DNA of 64,000 nt from Lama guanicoe (lineage: Eukaryota): NCBI GenBank assembly GCA_013239625.1, contig MU054212.1, positions 6,112,270-6,176,269 on the forward strand. Reading direction: 5' to 3'. The position numbers and the translations under genes are program-made. Shown here one piece after another: positions 1 to 11,500 of the stretch; positions within the stretch are counted from its first letter, which is position 1; each line of letters begins with the position of its first letter. The notes under the pieces are model-generated. The model did not search any database and had not been told where the DNA came from. It saw only the letters and a list, made by a program, of their open reading frames with translations.

Positions 1-339
1 TCATGTTTATAGGTATAGGGATTACGAATTCAACATATCCTTTTGAGAGATGCAATTCAATCCACAATATGATCTTTATGTCTAGTGGTATATCCTTATA
101 TCTATCTTCATAGAAGGATGTATCCTTCTATGTCTTTAGACTAAAATTTTGACTAAGATTTTTGGTGTACTACTATTTAATTATTGAGAGAGAAATATGG
201 AAATGTCTGACCATAATTGTGGATTTGTCTTATTTCTCATTTCAGTTCTATTCTGTCATGTAATTTGAAGTTCTTTATTAGATGCATTGACATTTAGTAT
301 TACTAAACTCTCTTGATGTTGACTCCTCTAGTTAAGAGT

Positions 340-1060
340 GTCTGTTATTACTACTCCCGTTAAGCATAATACTGGAGGACCTAGCTAGAATAATAAAGCA
401 AAAAAAAAGAAAAAAGAAAAAAGAAAGAAAAGAAATACATGGTTTATGGATCAGAAAGAAAAATAAATAAATCTCTCATTATTTGGCAGAATATTATGTT
501 CTACATAGAAAATCTATTTTAGTATCATAGAAAAATTATTTATAACAGAAAAAGAGTTCTATAAGTTTGCTAGATAAAAGATAAATATACAAAAAAAACA
601 ATTGTGCTATTATATGTCAGTACAATTAGAAATTAGGAAATAGACATTTTCATAGATACATTTTTCAATAACAAATATTTGAGACTACGGATATAATATT
701 TATATATAATGATACATACAGTTGTTTTTAAAACATGAAAGTACTTTGTGATGAAAACTACAAAATGTTATTGAAAAACTTAGGAATTTGAAAGAATACT
801 TAAGTGGATAGAGAGATATACATTGTTTATGAATTCAGCACTGTAAAGATGGCAGTTCTTCCCAAATTAATTTGTAAATTCAATTCTAAGGTTAAGAATA
901 TAAAAATCACAAAAGAAGAAGTGAGTTGATTTTACTACTTCAAAATTTAAAACTATTATTTGTTCAAAAATATAATAAAATTCAGAAAACAAAACAACAG
1001 GAGGGAAGATTTATCATATATATAACAGAAACAAATATATTTTTCATATAAAGAATTCCT
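340..1060 (+). mobile_element. Old L1 (L1M) ORF2 relic
   Basis: A-rich, with L1 ORF2 motifs (ctggaggacctagctagaaataata; gtaaagatggcagttcttcccaaattaat). No intact ORF. Confidence 0.7.
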
Positions 1061-1759
1061 CATAAGGAGTTTTTATGAGAAACATATATGCTTTTTGTTA
1101 TATTTATGATAAATCTTTCCTTCTTTTTGTTCTTATGCATCTCTCAAATCAGTCCCATTTTTTCTTTCTGTCCTCAGTTATTATCTCCCTTTAATGCTTC
1201 ATTATACCTCACCTCAGTTTTTCAATGGCCAATTAATTGCTCTCTCAACTTCAAGTCTTGCCCAGTTCCAGTTTCATTCTCCAAAGTGAACTCTCTGAAA
1301 TGCATATCTAAACATGTTACTCACTTCCATAAAAATTTCCAGTGATTACCCCTCAGTACATGGCACTTATTAGGATATATCTTGACTGGGCCTTTGCCCT
1401 CCTCCCAGGCTTTTGCTTCTCAAATGCAAAATTTTAACCATATTTGAAACATTTGAATTTTCTTAAATCTAAGAACTCTCTTTAATTAGAATGGAATTTT
1501 AATAGAATTTCCTTAAGGCTTTAGTAACAGAAAAACTGAGATCCACTAAAAATAACTCAAGTACAATGCAAAGGAAAGTAAGTTGTTACCATATAGACTT
1601 TTCATAAAATCCAAGGGCAAAAGCTGAAATATAACTGGGCTTGATGCAAACAGAAAAAGAAATGTTAGAGCCAAATCTCCTTCCTCAGTCAAGGTTCTTA
1701 AAGTCTTTTGCATCTCAGCCTCCTTTTCTCTTATGGAGTTTCTGCTTTTTGCTAAGCCC

Positions 1760-1854
1760 TTTTCTCTTTCCTTTTCTTCTTCTTCTCCTCCTCTTTGACC
1801 TCCTCCTCCTCTTCCCCTTCCTCCTCTCTTTCTTACACACACACACACACACAC
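1760..1854. repeat. CT-rich low-complexity tract plus (AC)10 microsatellite
   Basis: Seen directly; explains the spurious ORFs 1546-1872 and 1641-1988. Confidence 0.9.
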
Positions 1855-2889
1855 CTTTTCCTCTTTACTCATTTTGCGCCATACTTAATATGATCGTCCA
1901 AACCCCAATTCCACATGATATAATAAAGTATTCCCTCTGTCTCCCTGTTCAGTTTATTAAAACAGATGGAAGAATTGGTTGTTTTTAGGTGTCCATCCTT
2001 GCTTCAGTTAGCTATGGTCAGTGACAAGCAGTCATGTACTATAAAAAGGATTACATAAAGGGCAGGCAATGAAATCTATATAAAACTTCCTTTTAATCTG
2101 CACCACTCTGCATCACCCTCTTTTCACCTGATTAATTCTTATTCTTTCAAAATTCAGCTCAAATTTCACTTTTTCAAGAGATAGACTTCTCCAACCTTCA
2201 AGTCTAACCATAAGATGTCCCTCTATGTGTCTCATAATATAGCTTAATACAGAATCTAACTCATTGTAATATAATCATATTTGTTTTCTCATCTGTTCTC
2301 CCATCTAAATTTTGAGTTTTTAGAGAGAAGATACTCAGTAAGCACTCAATTCATCACCCACATAAGATAAATGAGTGAAGGATATAAAGAGATAAATCAT
2401 AGAAGTTTTATTTGATGGCTTTGTAAATTAATGTCCCACTTTTGAAAAGCAATTTGGTGGCAAGCATCAAGAGCTATGAAAGTTTTTATAGTCCTACCTG
2501 CACTTGATTTCACTGTGGAGTATTTAGTTCATTCAACAAATATTTATTGACTACTTTTTATAGGTTAGACACTGCTCTAAACTCTAGGATTTAGAACAAG
2601 GCCAACAAAGACCTAGGATAATTGTGTCATGACTCAGAAGTTTGAACCATGAGGGCTGCTCTCCATGGTTCTGAACTGTAATAGCCCATTAAGGCACAAG
2701 TCTAGTTCACTAATATCTCCTGTGTAATCTTATCTCAGAGTTGTGAATCAGAATATAGAAGAGGGGATAATAAGAGAAAATTTAGAAGGCAGAGAAAGAG
2801 AGATCATTACAAAGGCATAGCCACTTAGAGAATCAGGCAGAAAAAGGAGATTTATTTTAAGATTATTTTCGAATAGTTTCAGCTGCAAA

Positions 2890-4570
2890 GTTCCACAGTA
2901 AAGAAAACACTCAACATAATAAAAAGACAACATAAGCAAAGGATAAAATATTTGCAGACCGTATTTCCAATAAAGGGTTAATCTCTAAAATATGTAAGGA
3001 ACTCCTACAACTCAATAGCAAGGAAACTAATAGTTAATAAAATGGGCTAAGGACTTAAATAGATATTTCTGTTCCCAAAATACAAATGATCACAGGCATA
3101 TGAAAAAATGCTCCATGTCACAAATCATCAGGGAAATGCATATCAGAACCATAATGAGATCACACCTCACACCTATCAGGATGGCTATTATCAGAAAGAC
3201 AAAACACAAATGTTGGCAAGGATATAGAGAAATTGAAACCCTTGTACACTGTTAGTAGGAATGCAAAATGGTGCTGCTGCTATGGAAAACAGTACAGAAG
3301 TTACTCAAAAAAATTAAAAATAGAACTATCATATGAACCAACAATCCCACTTCTGGAAGTCTATCCAAAAGAATTAAAATCAGGATCTTGAAGAAGTATT
3401 AGCACTCTTCACAATAGCTGTGGAAACAACCAAAATGTCCATTGACAGATGAATGGATAAAGAAAATGTGGGGTAAACACACAATGAAATGTGATTCAGC
3501 CTTAAAAAGAAGGAAATTCTGCCATATGCAAAACATAGCTGAACCATGAGGATATTATGCTAAATGAAATAAGTCAATCACAGAAAGAAAATACTGCATG
3601 ATTCCACTTGCAAGAAGTCTCCAAAAATTCACAGAATCAAAGACTTTAAGATAGGCAGATTTCCTAAACATAACACAGGACACGTATGAAAGAGATTGCT
3701 AAATTGGACTTGACTAAAATTTAAATTTCTACTCAACAGATATACTGTTAAGGGAGTAAAAATGCAAGTCATAGAATAGGAGATGATATTTACAATATAA
3801 ATATATGACAAAAAGATTTGTATGCAGTATATATTTGTAATTTCTGCAAATCAATAAGAAAAAGACAGACAATTCAGTTTTTAAATAGGAAATGATTTGC
3901 ACCAGTACTTCACAAAAGAGGACATTCAGATGCCCAATAAGCATATGAAAGGGTGCTCCCATTCAATTGTCACCTACTGTAATGGCTAAAGTTACCCATT
4001 GCCAATACTCAGTGTTGGCAAAGATACAGAGCAACTGGAACTCTCATATTCTGCTGATGGGAGTTTGGTTGATTCAGTCCCATTGGCTCCAGCTCCTCTT
4101 TACACTTAGAATCCTCAGAACTGAATGAATCCATTACTGGCTTGCTTAGCTAGGCCAGGACCCTCTCAGAAACACAAACAAGTCACATCTCAGTTGTCTT
4201 AATAAGACCAAATATACTTTTATGGGCCCAGCAATTCCACTCAAATACATATTTAACACATATGCATGTATTTACCCCCCAAAAGATCTGTACCAGAAAG
4301 TTCATTACAGTTTATTGATAGTAGCTCTAAATGTCTGTTGACACTAGAGTAGGATAGATTAGGATGTATTCACATAATGGAATACTATGCAAAAAGAATA
4401 AACTAATGCTTCATGTACAAAGATATACTATAAGATTTATGTAACAAAATACATCAGGCAAAATTAAGCTGTAATAACAGATGTCAGAATAGTGGTTAAC
4501 TTTGGCAGAGAAATATTGATGGGAAAGGGGCGTGAGATAGGCTTCTGGGGTGTTGGTTATGTTCTATTGG
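2890..4570 (+). mobile_element. Two adjacent L1 3' fragments (ORF2 end and 3'UTR)
   Basis: aatcatcagggaaatgca...aaatgtccattgacagatgaatggataaagaaaatgtgg (2890-3640), followed by an older L1M piece (3640-4570). Confidence 0.8.
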
Positions 4571-7479
4571 AAAATTGTGCCCTCTCTCACATCTCAGGCA
4601 TTTTCTCATGCTGGTTAAGTATCAAGAAATCAATGTACTAGCGTTGCTTTCTGCTGATAGGCAGTAGTGACACTGCAAATATAAGTTTTGGCTGATAGTA
4701 GCTTAAAATAAACATCTTAGTAATGACAATACTTTTAAAACATAAAAATTAAACAGAAATTATGCTATAACAGTGACATGACAGGAGCGAGGGGTCTTAT
4801 TTTGGGGGCAAAACACTTCACAGCACTTCCTATCATCTATTTTAAGGGTCAGCACTGACTGCCCGTGGGTAGAAAACCAAGATAATTGTTTGGATAATTT
4901 AGTTCTTTCTTCATCCACTTTTCCTGCTGATCCCCCAGTTTCTAAAACGAAACAAAGTGAAACAAAGAACAACCAATTCCGTCACAGTTATTTGAATTGT
5001 TCAGCGCAAAGGGCGTTGTTTGGTTTGAATTGTATGGTTTGCTTTCCCCAGTTAATCATTCTACCTTGCCTATGTAAGGGTACTGTCTTAAGGCTGCTGT
5101 CATGGAAAAGCAATTGAGTGCATTTTCCAGAGGTAAGATGACTCAACTCACTCACTTAGACTCACGTTGGACTTGAACTCATGTTGCGTTTAAAGCCACA
5201 TCTATGAAAACACCAACAGGTACAAAAGTGTTAATACTATCTGTGGTCCAAAGTTGGCTTTGTGTATTTATTTACTTTGGTTTGCAGATTATGGTTTACA
5301 TGTTTGAGCAATGCTCTAGAGGTTTTCAGAAGACAGAATGCCTGATACCATCTTCCTCTTTTACATCTCAGGCAAACCCCTTAATCTACATCTACCTAAA
5401 TTCTCTCATTTTTACATAGACCTAAATTCTCTCACTTTTTAAAACGAAGTTACTTCGTTTTACTTATCTGGAAATTATTATATTTATATTTGTCCACTGA
5501 TCTGAAATTCTGAAATAGTCAGAAGTATAATTTTTAAAAAGATCTAAGATCTAAAATTCCTTTTCTGTACTTCAAAGTGTATGGTAAATTTATAGAAACG
5601 TTTGCTTGAATTCCTAAAATCCAAGTAGAAATCCTTGAATAATGATAGCTACCACTTACACGGAGCATTTGTCACAGGGTAGGCACCATTCAGAGTGTTC
5701 TATTTGTATTAATTCGTTGAAAATTCACAATAATTCTAAGAAACAGGCCCTGTTGTTATTCCCACTGCATAGTTATACACAAGTAAAACAAGGCACAGAG
5801 AAATTAATTGACTCACCCAAGAAATCTTGTGTAGTTGATGGTAGAGTTAGAATTTAAACTTGACAGTCAGACTCTGACTCATACTCTTACCTGTTGTGTG
5901 CTATACCCTTTCTGTTGCCATGACTCTTTGTAACATCATAACTTATATTTTGACTTTCTCCTTGGTAATACTTGATAAATGGATTTGAACAGAATCCTTA
6001 ATATTGTATTTGAGAAATAACAGAGTTGGTGTTTTCTGAGAAAAACCACAAGGTATGAAGAATATTGATTGGAAAAATAATACTTAACATTTCTGCTTTA
6101 ATTTGAGGAATCACTGGCACAAGTCTTAAAACCATATGACCATAAAGTTTATTAGAATAAACCAGAACAAACTTATAAAATACATCCTGGACCTGCTGTT
6201 CATGTTTTTAAATAATCAAGTCAATGTCCTGGCCAAATTTCCTTCTAAACAATATTCTGCCCCACAAAACTAACTCGAACTTCCAAACTACACAGTGGGC
6301 CAGGATGTGAAATTGGAGACATGGACTTTGTATTAGTTACTGTAAAAATAAAAGGCCCAGATCGTCACTGATACCCACTAAATTCACTGGCCTTACAAAG
6401 ATATTTGACACTAAACTTGGCAGCCATTAAGCAGGTTTGAGCATCCAAAAATTTCAAGAATATTTTGAAGTCTACAGTGTTATGTTTGGTCCCATAAAAT
6501 GTGAAAGAACTTTGAAAAATATAAGATAGTATTTAAATATAAAGCAGTATTTTTACCATCATCAGAATCTGCAGGCTTCTCTATTCTTCAACATCAATAG
6601 ATTAAAATCTGAGAGTATACAGTTCTTCTTTCATCCATCTAAATTGCCCTTCCAGAAAGGAAAGGCGACTCAATCTTTTTGCAATCTCCTTGCCCGCATC
6701 TGTGCATAAACTCAACTGCTTTGCTGAAGGCTGTTACCACTGTTTGCAGTTCTTCTTATCCCCTTCTGCAAAGCTCCACCCTTCCATCGTGTCCCTCTCC
6801 CCAACCCCTCCTCACCCAACATGCATTCATTGACTTTGTCCTGTCATTCACGCCCCCATCCCTCAGTCAGAGCAGTGCATCCGTGACTGATACTTTATTG
6901 AGGCACTCTACCCACACACAGGATGTGATGCCCACGGGATGTGATTTTCATCCTACTTCTGAAAGTCAGAGAGCACTTCCTGGGATGCTTCTCTGAAAAT
7001 TGATAACAGGTTTTCTTCCAGAAAATTGCAGGGCAAGTTGAACTCAATCTATTTTAAGAAAATACCCTTGAAGTTTCAATTTTTTAAAAAGCTGAAAGGT
7101 TATATTTCTGGCTCTGTAAGTTCTACATATCTGCAAATTATATCCTTGAGGTCATCATGTGAGATATTTTTTACTACTTATGCTTGCAAATATACATCAG
7201 GAATATGAATGAGATCAGGCACAACTTTGCAGTTAATTTGGAGCTGTGAGAAATACGGTTCCAAAGACCCAAGTTCTGTATCAAATTTTACCAGGAAAAG
7301 CTTTTCAAATGTATTAGAGAATTGTGCATTGTGGCCTAATTCCTTCATCAGATTCTGGGTTTCACATTGACCAAAGGGCAAGAAAGGACATAAAATCAAA
7401 TATTCAAAATGGATTAAAAGCTACAATATTCCAGCCAAGTGGTAGCCTAGCCTCTGTTTGGTTACCTCTGATGATCCAA

Positions 7480-7890
7480 TATCCAAGCAGAAATCTAATC
7501 TCCACATCTTAGGCTGAGCTAAAATATGCCTCCTCTGACATCTACCCTCTGTCTGCATTTTGCTTTCTGGAGAAATATATACTAAGAATGCTGCCTCCTT
7601 TTACATATTTACATATTTGAAGAGAGCCAGCCAGCTACTGTGTGCCCTTATAATCTGCTCTTCTCTGGTCCAAAATAAACACCCTCTTTAGCTTTTCCGT
7701 TTGTGGATGGTTTAAGTTACCTCTCCATTTTTCCCTCAGTTCTCTTGAGAATAATTTCATTTGTCCACGTTCCTCTAAAAATGCAGTGCTTAGAACTGAA
7801 CACAGTGTCCCAGATGTGATCTGACCAGTACAAAGTACAATGAAACTATTATCTTCCATCATTGAGAGAGTATAATTTTTTAAGGTCATC
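7480..7890. mobile_element. CR1/L3 LINE relic
   Basis: cagtgcttagaactgaacacagtgtcccagatgtgatctgaccagtaca resembles the L3 consensus. A similar relic lies at ~12600-12860. Confidence 0.55.
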
Positions 7891-9808
7891 TAACAAATAA
7901 GAATTTTTTTAAAAACCAAATTTTATGCCTCAAAACATAAAATGGATCAATCGATGAATTACAGGGATAGGTAGATTGATAAATGTGTGATGGAGCAAAT
8001 TTAGTAGAGTGTTAATTGTAGAACCTAGGTGGTGGAGGGTGGTTTTCACTATACATTTCTTTCCACCTGTCTCTGTTAGGGATTTTTTATAATAAAATAT
8101 TGGGGAAAAGCCTAAATTGTTACACCTAAATAAATAATATTATATATTATTAAATTTAAAAGAAACAAAACTTTACAATGACTGTCATGTATGTAGCAGG
8201 CTGTCCAAGAGTATGTCTGAGTGTTTTTATTAAAGAGCCAGCATGTATTGCTTGTTTGTTTGGTTTTTTATTTTTGTCTGTGTATGTGCATGTTTTAAAG
8301 AAAACTTGCAGAATATATAGTTAAAAGTTTATGGGACATTTATTTTTGTATCCACCATCTCGGTATACTTGATATTTAATCTTAACATAGATATCCCACC
8401 CTTTTTAAGGAATAAGTTGCATTAGCATCCGTAACCACTTTCATTGAATTCAATTTTAAATCAGACTGTCAGCTGCACAGAAGTGAGCCTTGCCTGAGCA
8501 GAATTCCCCTGGATCGGACTCACTCAGGGCATGAGTGTAGTCCTTGGCCAGCTGTTGCTGTAAGATCCAGCACTTACTGATATCACAGCTCTTCTCCCAG
8601 GGAACAAAGAGGGCTGTTATTTAGGGAAGCCTCCCAGACAGGAAACTGGCATGATCTATTTTCTCACGTAAATATGAGTCATGCATTTATTTTTCTGAGC
8701 AGAGTAGATGTTTCTGTGAAATGGAGAAAATGTTTTCTGTAGCAATGGTAGTGATCATAGAAAAGAAATGCCCTTATCAAAATGCACGTGGGCCAAGATC
8801 AGACAGAGTTGGGAATCACCGTGCTGTCCAGCAGGTGATGGCTAGAAACAGGATGTGAAAATTATTTGTTCACCATCACATCTCCAGCCTTTGATACAAT
8901 ACTTGACGAGAAACAGACCCTCAAAAACTTGGAAAGTAATTCAGAAAAGGAGGACAGGAGGAAAATGCTGGAGGGAAGAAGTTTCAGGATTACTGTAAAG
9001 ATCAAAAACACCAGATTAAACCTGAAACACTGTTGCAGGATGGGATCTCCAAAATCAGTGTCCAACCTCTTTATCTTAGATATGGCAACGAGATAATTTA
9101 TCCAAGGTTGCAACATCTCAGTCCAGTTAGTTACTGAGTCATTCCTAGATAGGACTCCAAACTCTTAATTCAGAGCTCTTTATGTAACAGTAGTGGAGCT
9201 GCAGAAGGAATTACCAAGGGAAGGCCCCAGGATCTCACGCTCTGGCCCCAGATTAGTTACATAAGCATGCCCAATTGGAGGAAGCTTGAGAAGAGGTCTT
9301 AGCCACAGACCTGGAAGAAACCCTGGGATTTAAACGTGTAATCAAAAGCAAGACACAGTAAAGCAATTTGATCCTGAGTACCATGCTGAGACTGAGCAAA
9401 CTGACTTAGGTTGTTATTTCCTTACTGCCAGGGGCCCACACCTCTGTCCACACACACCGGAGTCCCCTCTTTTTGATTGTCCAGGTTAGACTGAGGTAGC
9501 TCAAACTTGGGGACAGAAGTTAGCGCTCTCAGAGATGATAACTTGTCAGTAGAAATCAGAGACCATGACAGCATGGATGAAAACTACCAACACCTGTGCC
9601 GGAGGATGCTAACAGATGTTATCCCTGACATACCGAAAAAAAAAGTTCTGTAGCCCATCTTTGGAATATGTTTAAACAGGTTTATTCACTGCAGGATTCA
9701 CAGGGCTTTTAAAATATTAATACAAGTTTTGAATCTCTAAAGGGCAAACTGGTTCTCAGACTTTGCCAAACTTATTTGTCCATTCTTAAATTAATTTAAC
9801 AAGGAGTC

Positions 9809-10117
9809 CATTAGACAGGTGGATCTAATGCCCCGTCTGCCTACTGAGCAAACTGAAATCTAAACCTGTAAACGCCTCAAAGTTAGGAAATTGAAACCTA
9901 AGGACAGTCATCTACAAACAGCCACCTAGGCTTTAAGCTACAGCCAATCAAATAATTTCCTTTGTCTGCTTCTGTACTTTCTCTGTAGAACTCTTTCCCT
10001 GGCTCCTTTTGGCCGGGCACTCTTTACCACTTCTGGTTTGGGGCATCCCTGTCCCAAACGGTTTTTACTCAAATAAACCCTTCAAATTTTTAACAGACCT
10101 CAGTTTAGCCTTTAACA
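9809..10117 (+). mobile_element. Solo ERV LTR (ERV1-like)
   Basis: ~310 bp with CCAAT (agccaatca, 9942-9950), AATAAA (10072-10077) and a ...tttaaCA end. 5' TG apparently mutated; TSD not clear. Confidence 0.6.
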
Positions 10118-11344
10118 CAACAAACCTCTTACATTTTATTTTCTTAAGACTTAAAGGATTTATTTTTCCAAGGAGTACACTTGAGGACAATGGTTTTCAA
10201 ATTTATTTTTGCTGTGACTTTAGCTAGGGATGTATTTCATATATGAAACCAGTATACACATACTTGTAAATGTAAAACTGAAACAAGTGTTTCATAAGAC
10301 AATACTTACCTTTTTTTATATGTGCTGCACATCTTTTCTATTCTATTTTTCTTTCTTTTTAACATGTGCTGGGTTTTTAAACCCACTAAATTGATTTCAC
10401 AATCTACCCATAGGTCACAACCTGAAGTTGAAAAAACTGCTCTAGCAAATTCTGGGGTATGATTTAGCAATTTCTCCTTCCCTGTAGCCTCTAATGTTCC
10501 TTTTGCCTGTGACCTGTACAATATTATTGACTAAACCTAGGATCTACCGAGGATGAATCCAAATAATAGAAGAGGAACCACAACTACATTACATTCTAAC
10601 ACTGTGGATATGCTGTTAACAAGGATGAGGTACTGATTTGCAACAATTTATAAAATCTCTTGTTCAATGAATAAAGCAAGATGTACAGTGTTGTATAAAG
10701 TACGCTCCCATTTGTACGATAGAGGCGTTATATATACATTTATATGGCCGGTATACATAAGAGTATTTCTGGAGTATAAACTGGCCACAGTGGTGTGTCA
10801 TTGGTTGGGGTTACTGTGGGAGGGACATTTGTTTTTCACTGTTTCCTTTTAATATTGTTTTAACACATATTACTTTCTCAAAAATAATAATATACTATTA
10901 GATAAATAAGCATATTTTATGAGAGATGGGAAAATCTGAAAAACAAAAGGACTTCGAGTATTTGACTTTTTGTAGGTCACAGCTAGTGATGAGGTCTGGG
11001 TTCAAATCTTGAAGACACGTACATGCCATAGTGATTGTTAGCTATTCCATTTCATTCATTGTACTCCTGACCCTATTAACGAGAACTATCTCTGCCTAGG
11101 GTGCGCATTCTTTATTCTACGTCTTCCCCAATATATGGCTTTTTTTTAAACACAGGAAGAGAGGTCCAAATATATTTTCTCAGGATGGTGCAGGTTTTTC
11201 TGTTTTGCCTGCAGTGAGGGTAGAAGCACCAGCAGCAGAGAAAACAAGAGAAACTGACAAGAGGAATATGCCCGGGGAGGGGCAGGGCTCCAGAGAAGAA
11301 AGCAGAAGGGGGCTATACTTTGGATAATTCAAGAGGGACAACAG

Positions 11345-11500
11345 CAGTGGTTTTCAAACTTTAATATCCATAAGGATCACCAGGGGTGCTCATTAAAAAT
11401 TTAGCCTCCTGAGCCCTGCTTGCATAGATTCTGATTGTGTGTAGGGAGGGGGTGATCTTAGGAGTCTTGGAATAGGTAAATTCTCCTCTCTGAAGATTCT
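11345..11500. mobile_element. MER5-like hAT relic (similar relics at ~27500-27620 and ~42635-42785)
   Basis: cagtggttttcaaactttaatatccataaggatcacc. The 42.7 kb copy has ctgaatcagaatctgcattttaacaagat. Confidence 0.6.

Noticed and set aside
5394..5440. Short direct duplications (acctaaattctctca x2; also tgtaaagggacaca x2 at ~23348-23378, aaatagtatctgcta x2 at ~26145-26180, tacccatca x2 at ~62824-62846)
   Set aside because: Ordinary two-copy slippage duplications. No repeat-spacer periodicity, so not CRISPR-like or a functional array.
8862..9116. Overlapping + and - ORFs that look protein-like
   Set aside because: Both strands are equally open, with no convincing acceptor/donor pair. ORFs of this length are expected by chance.
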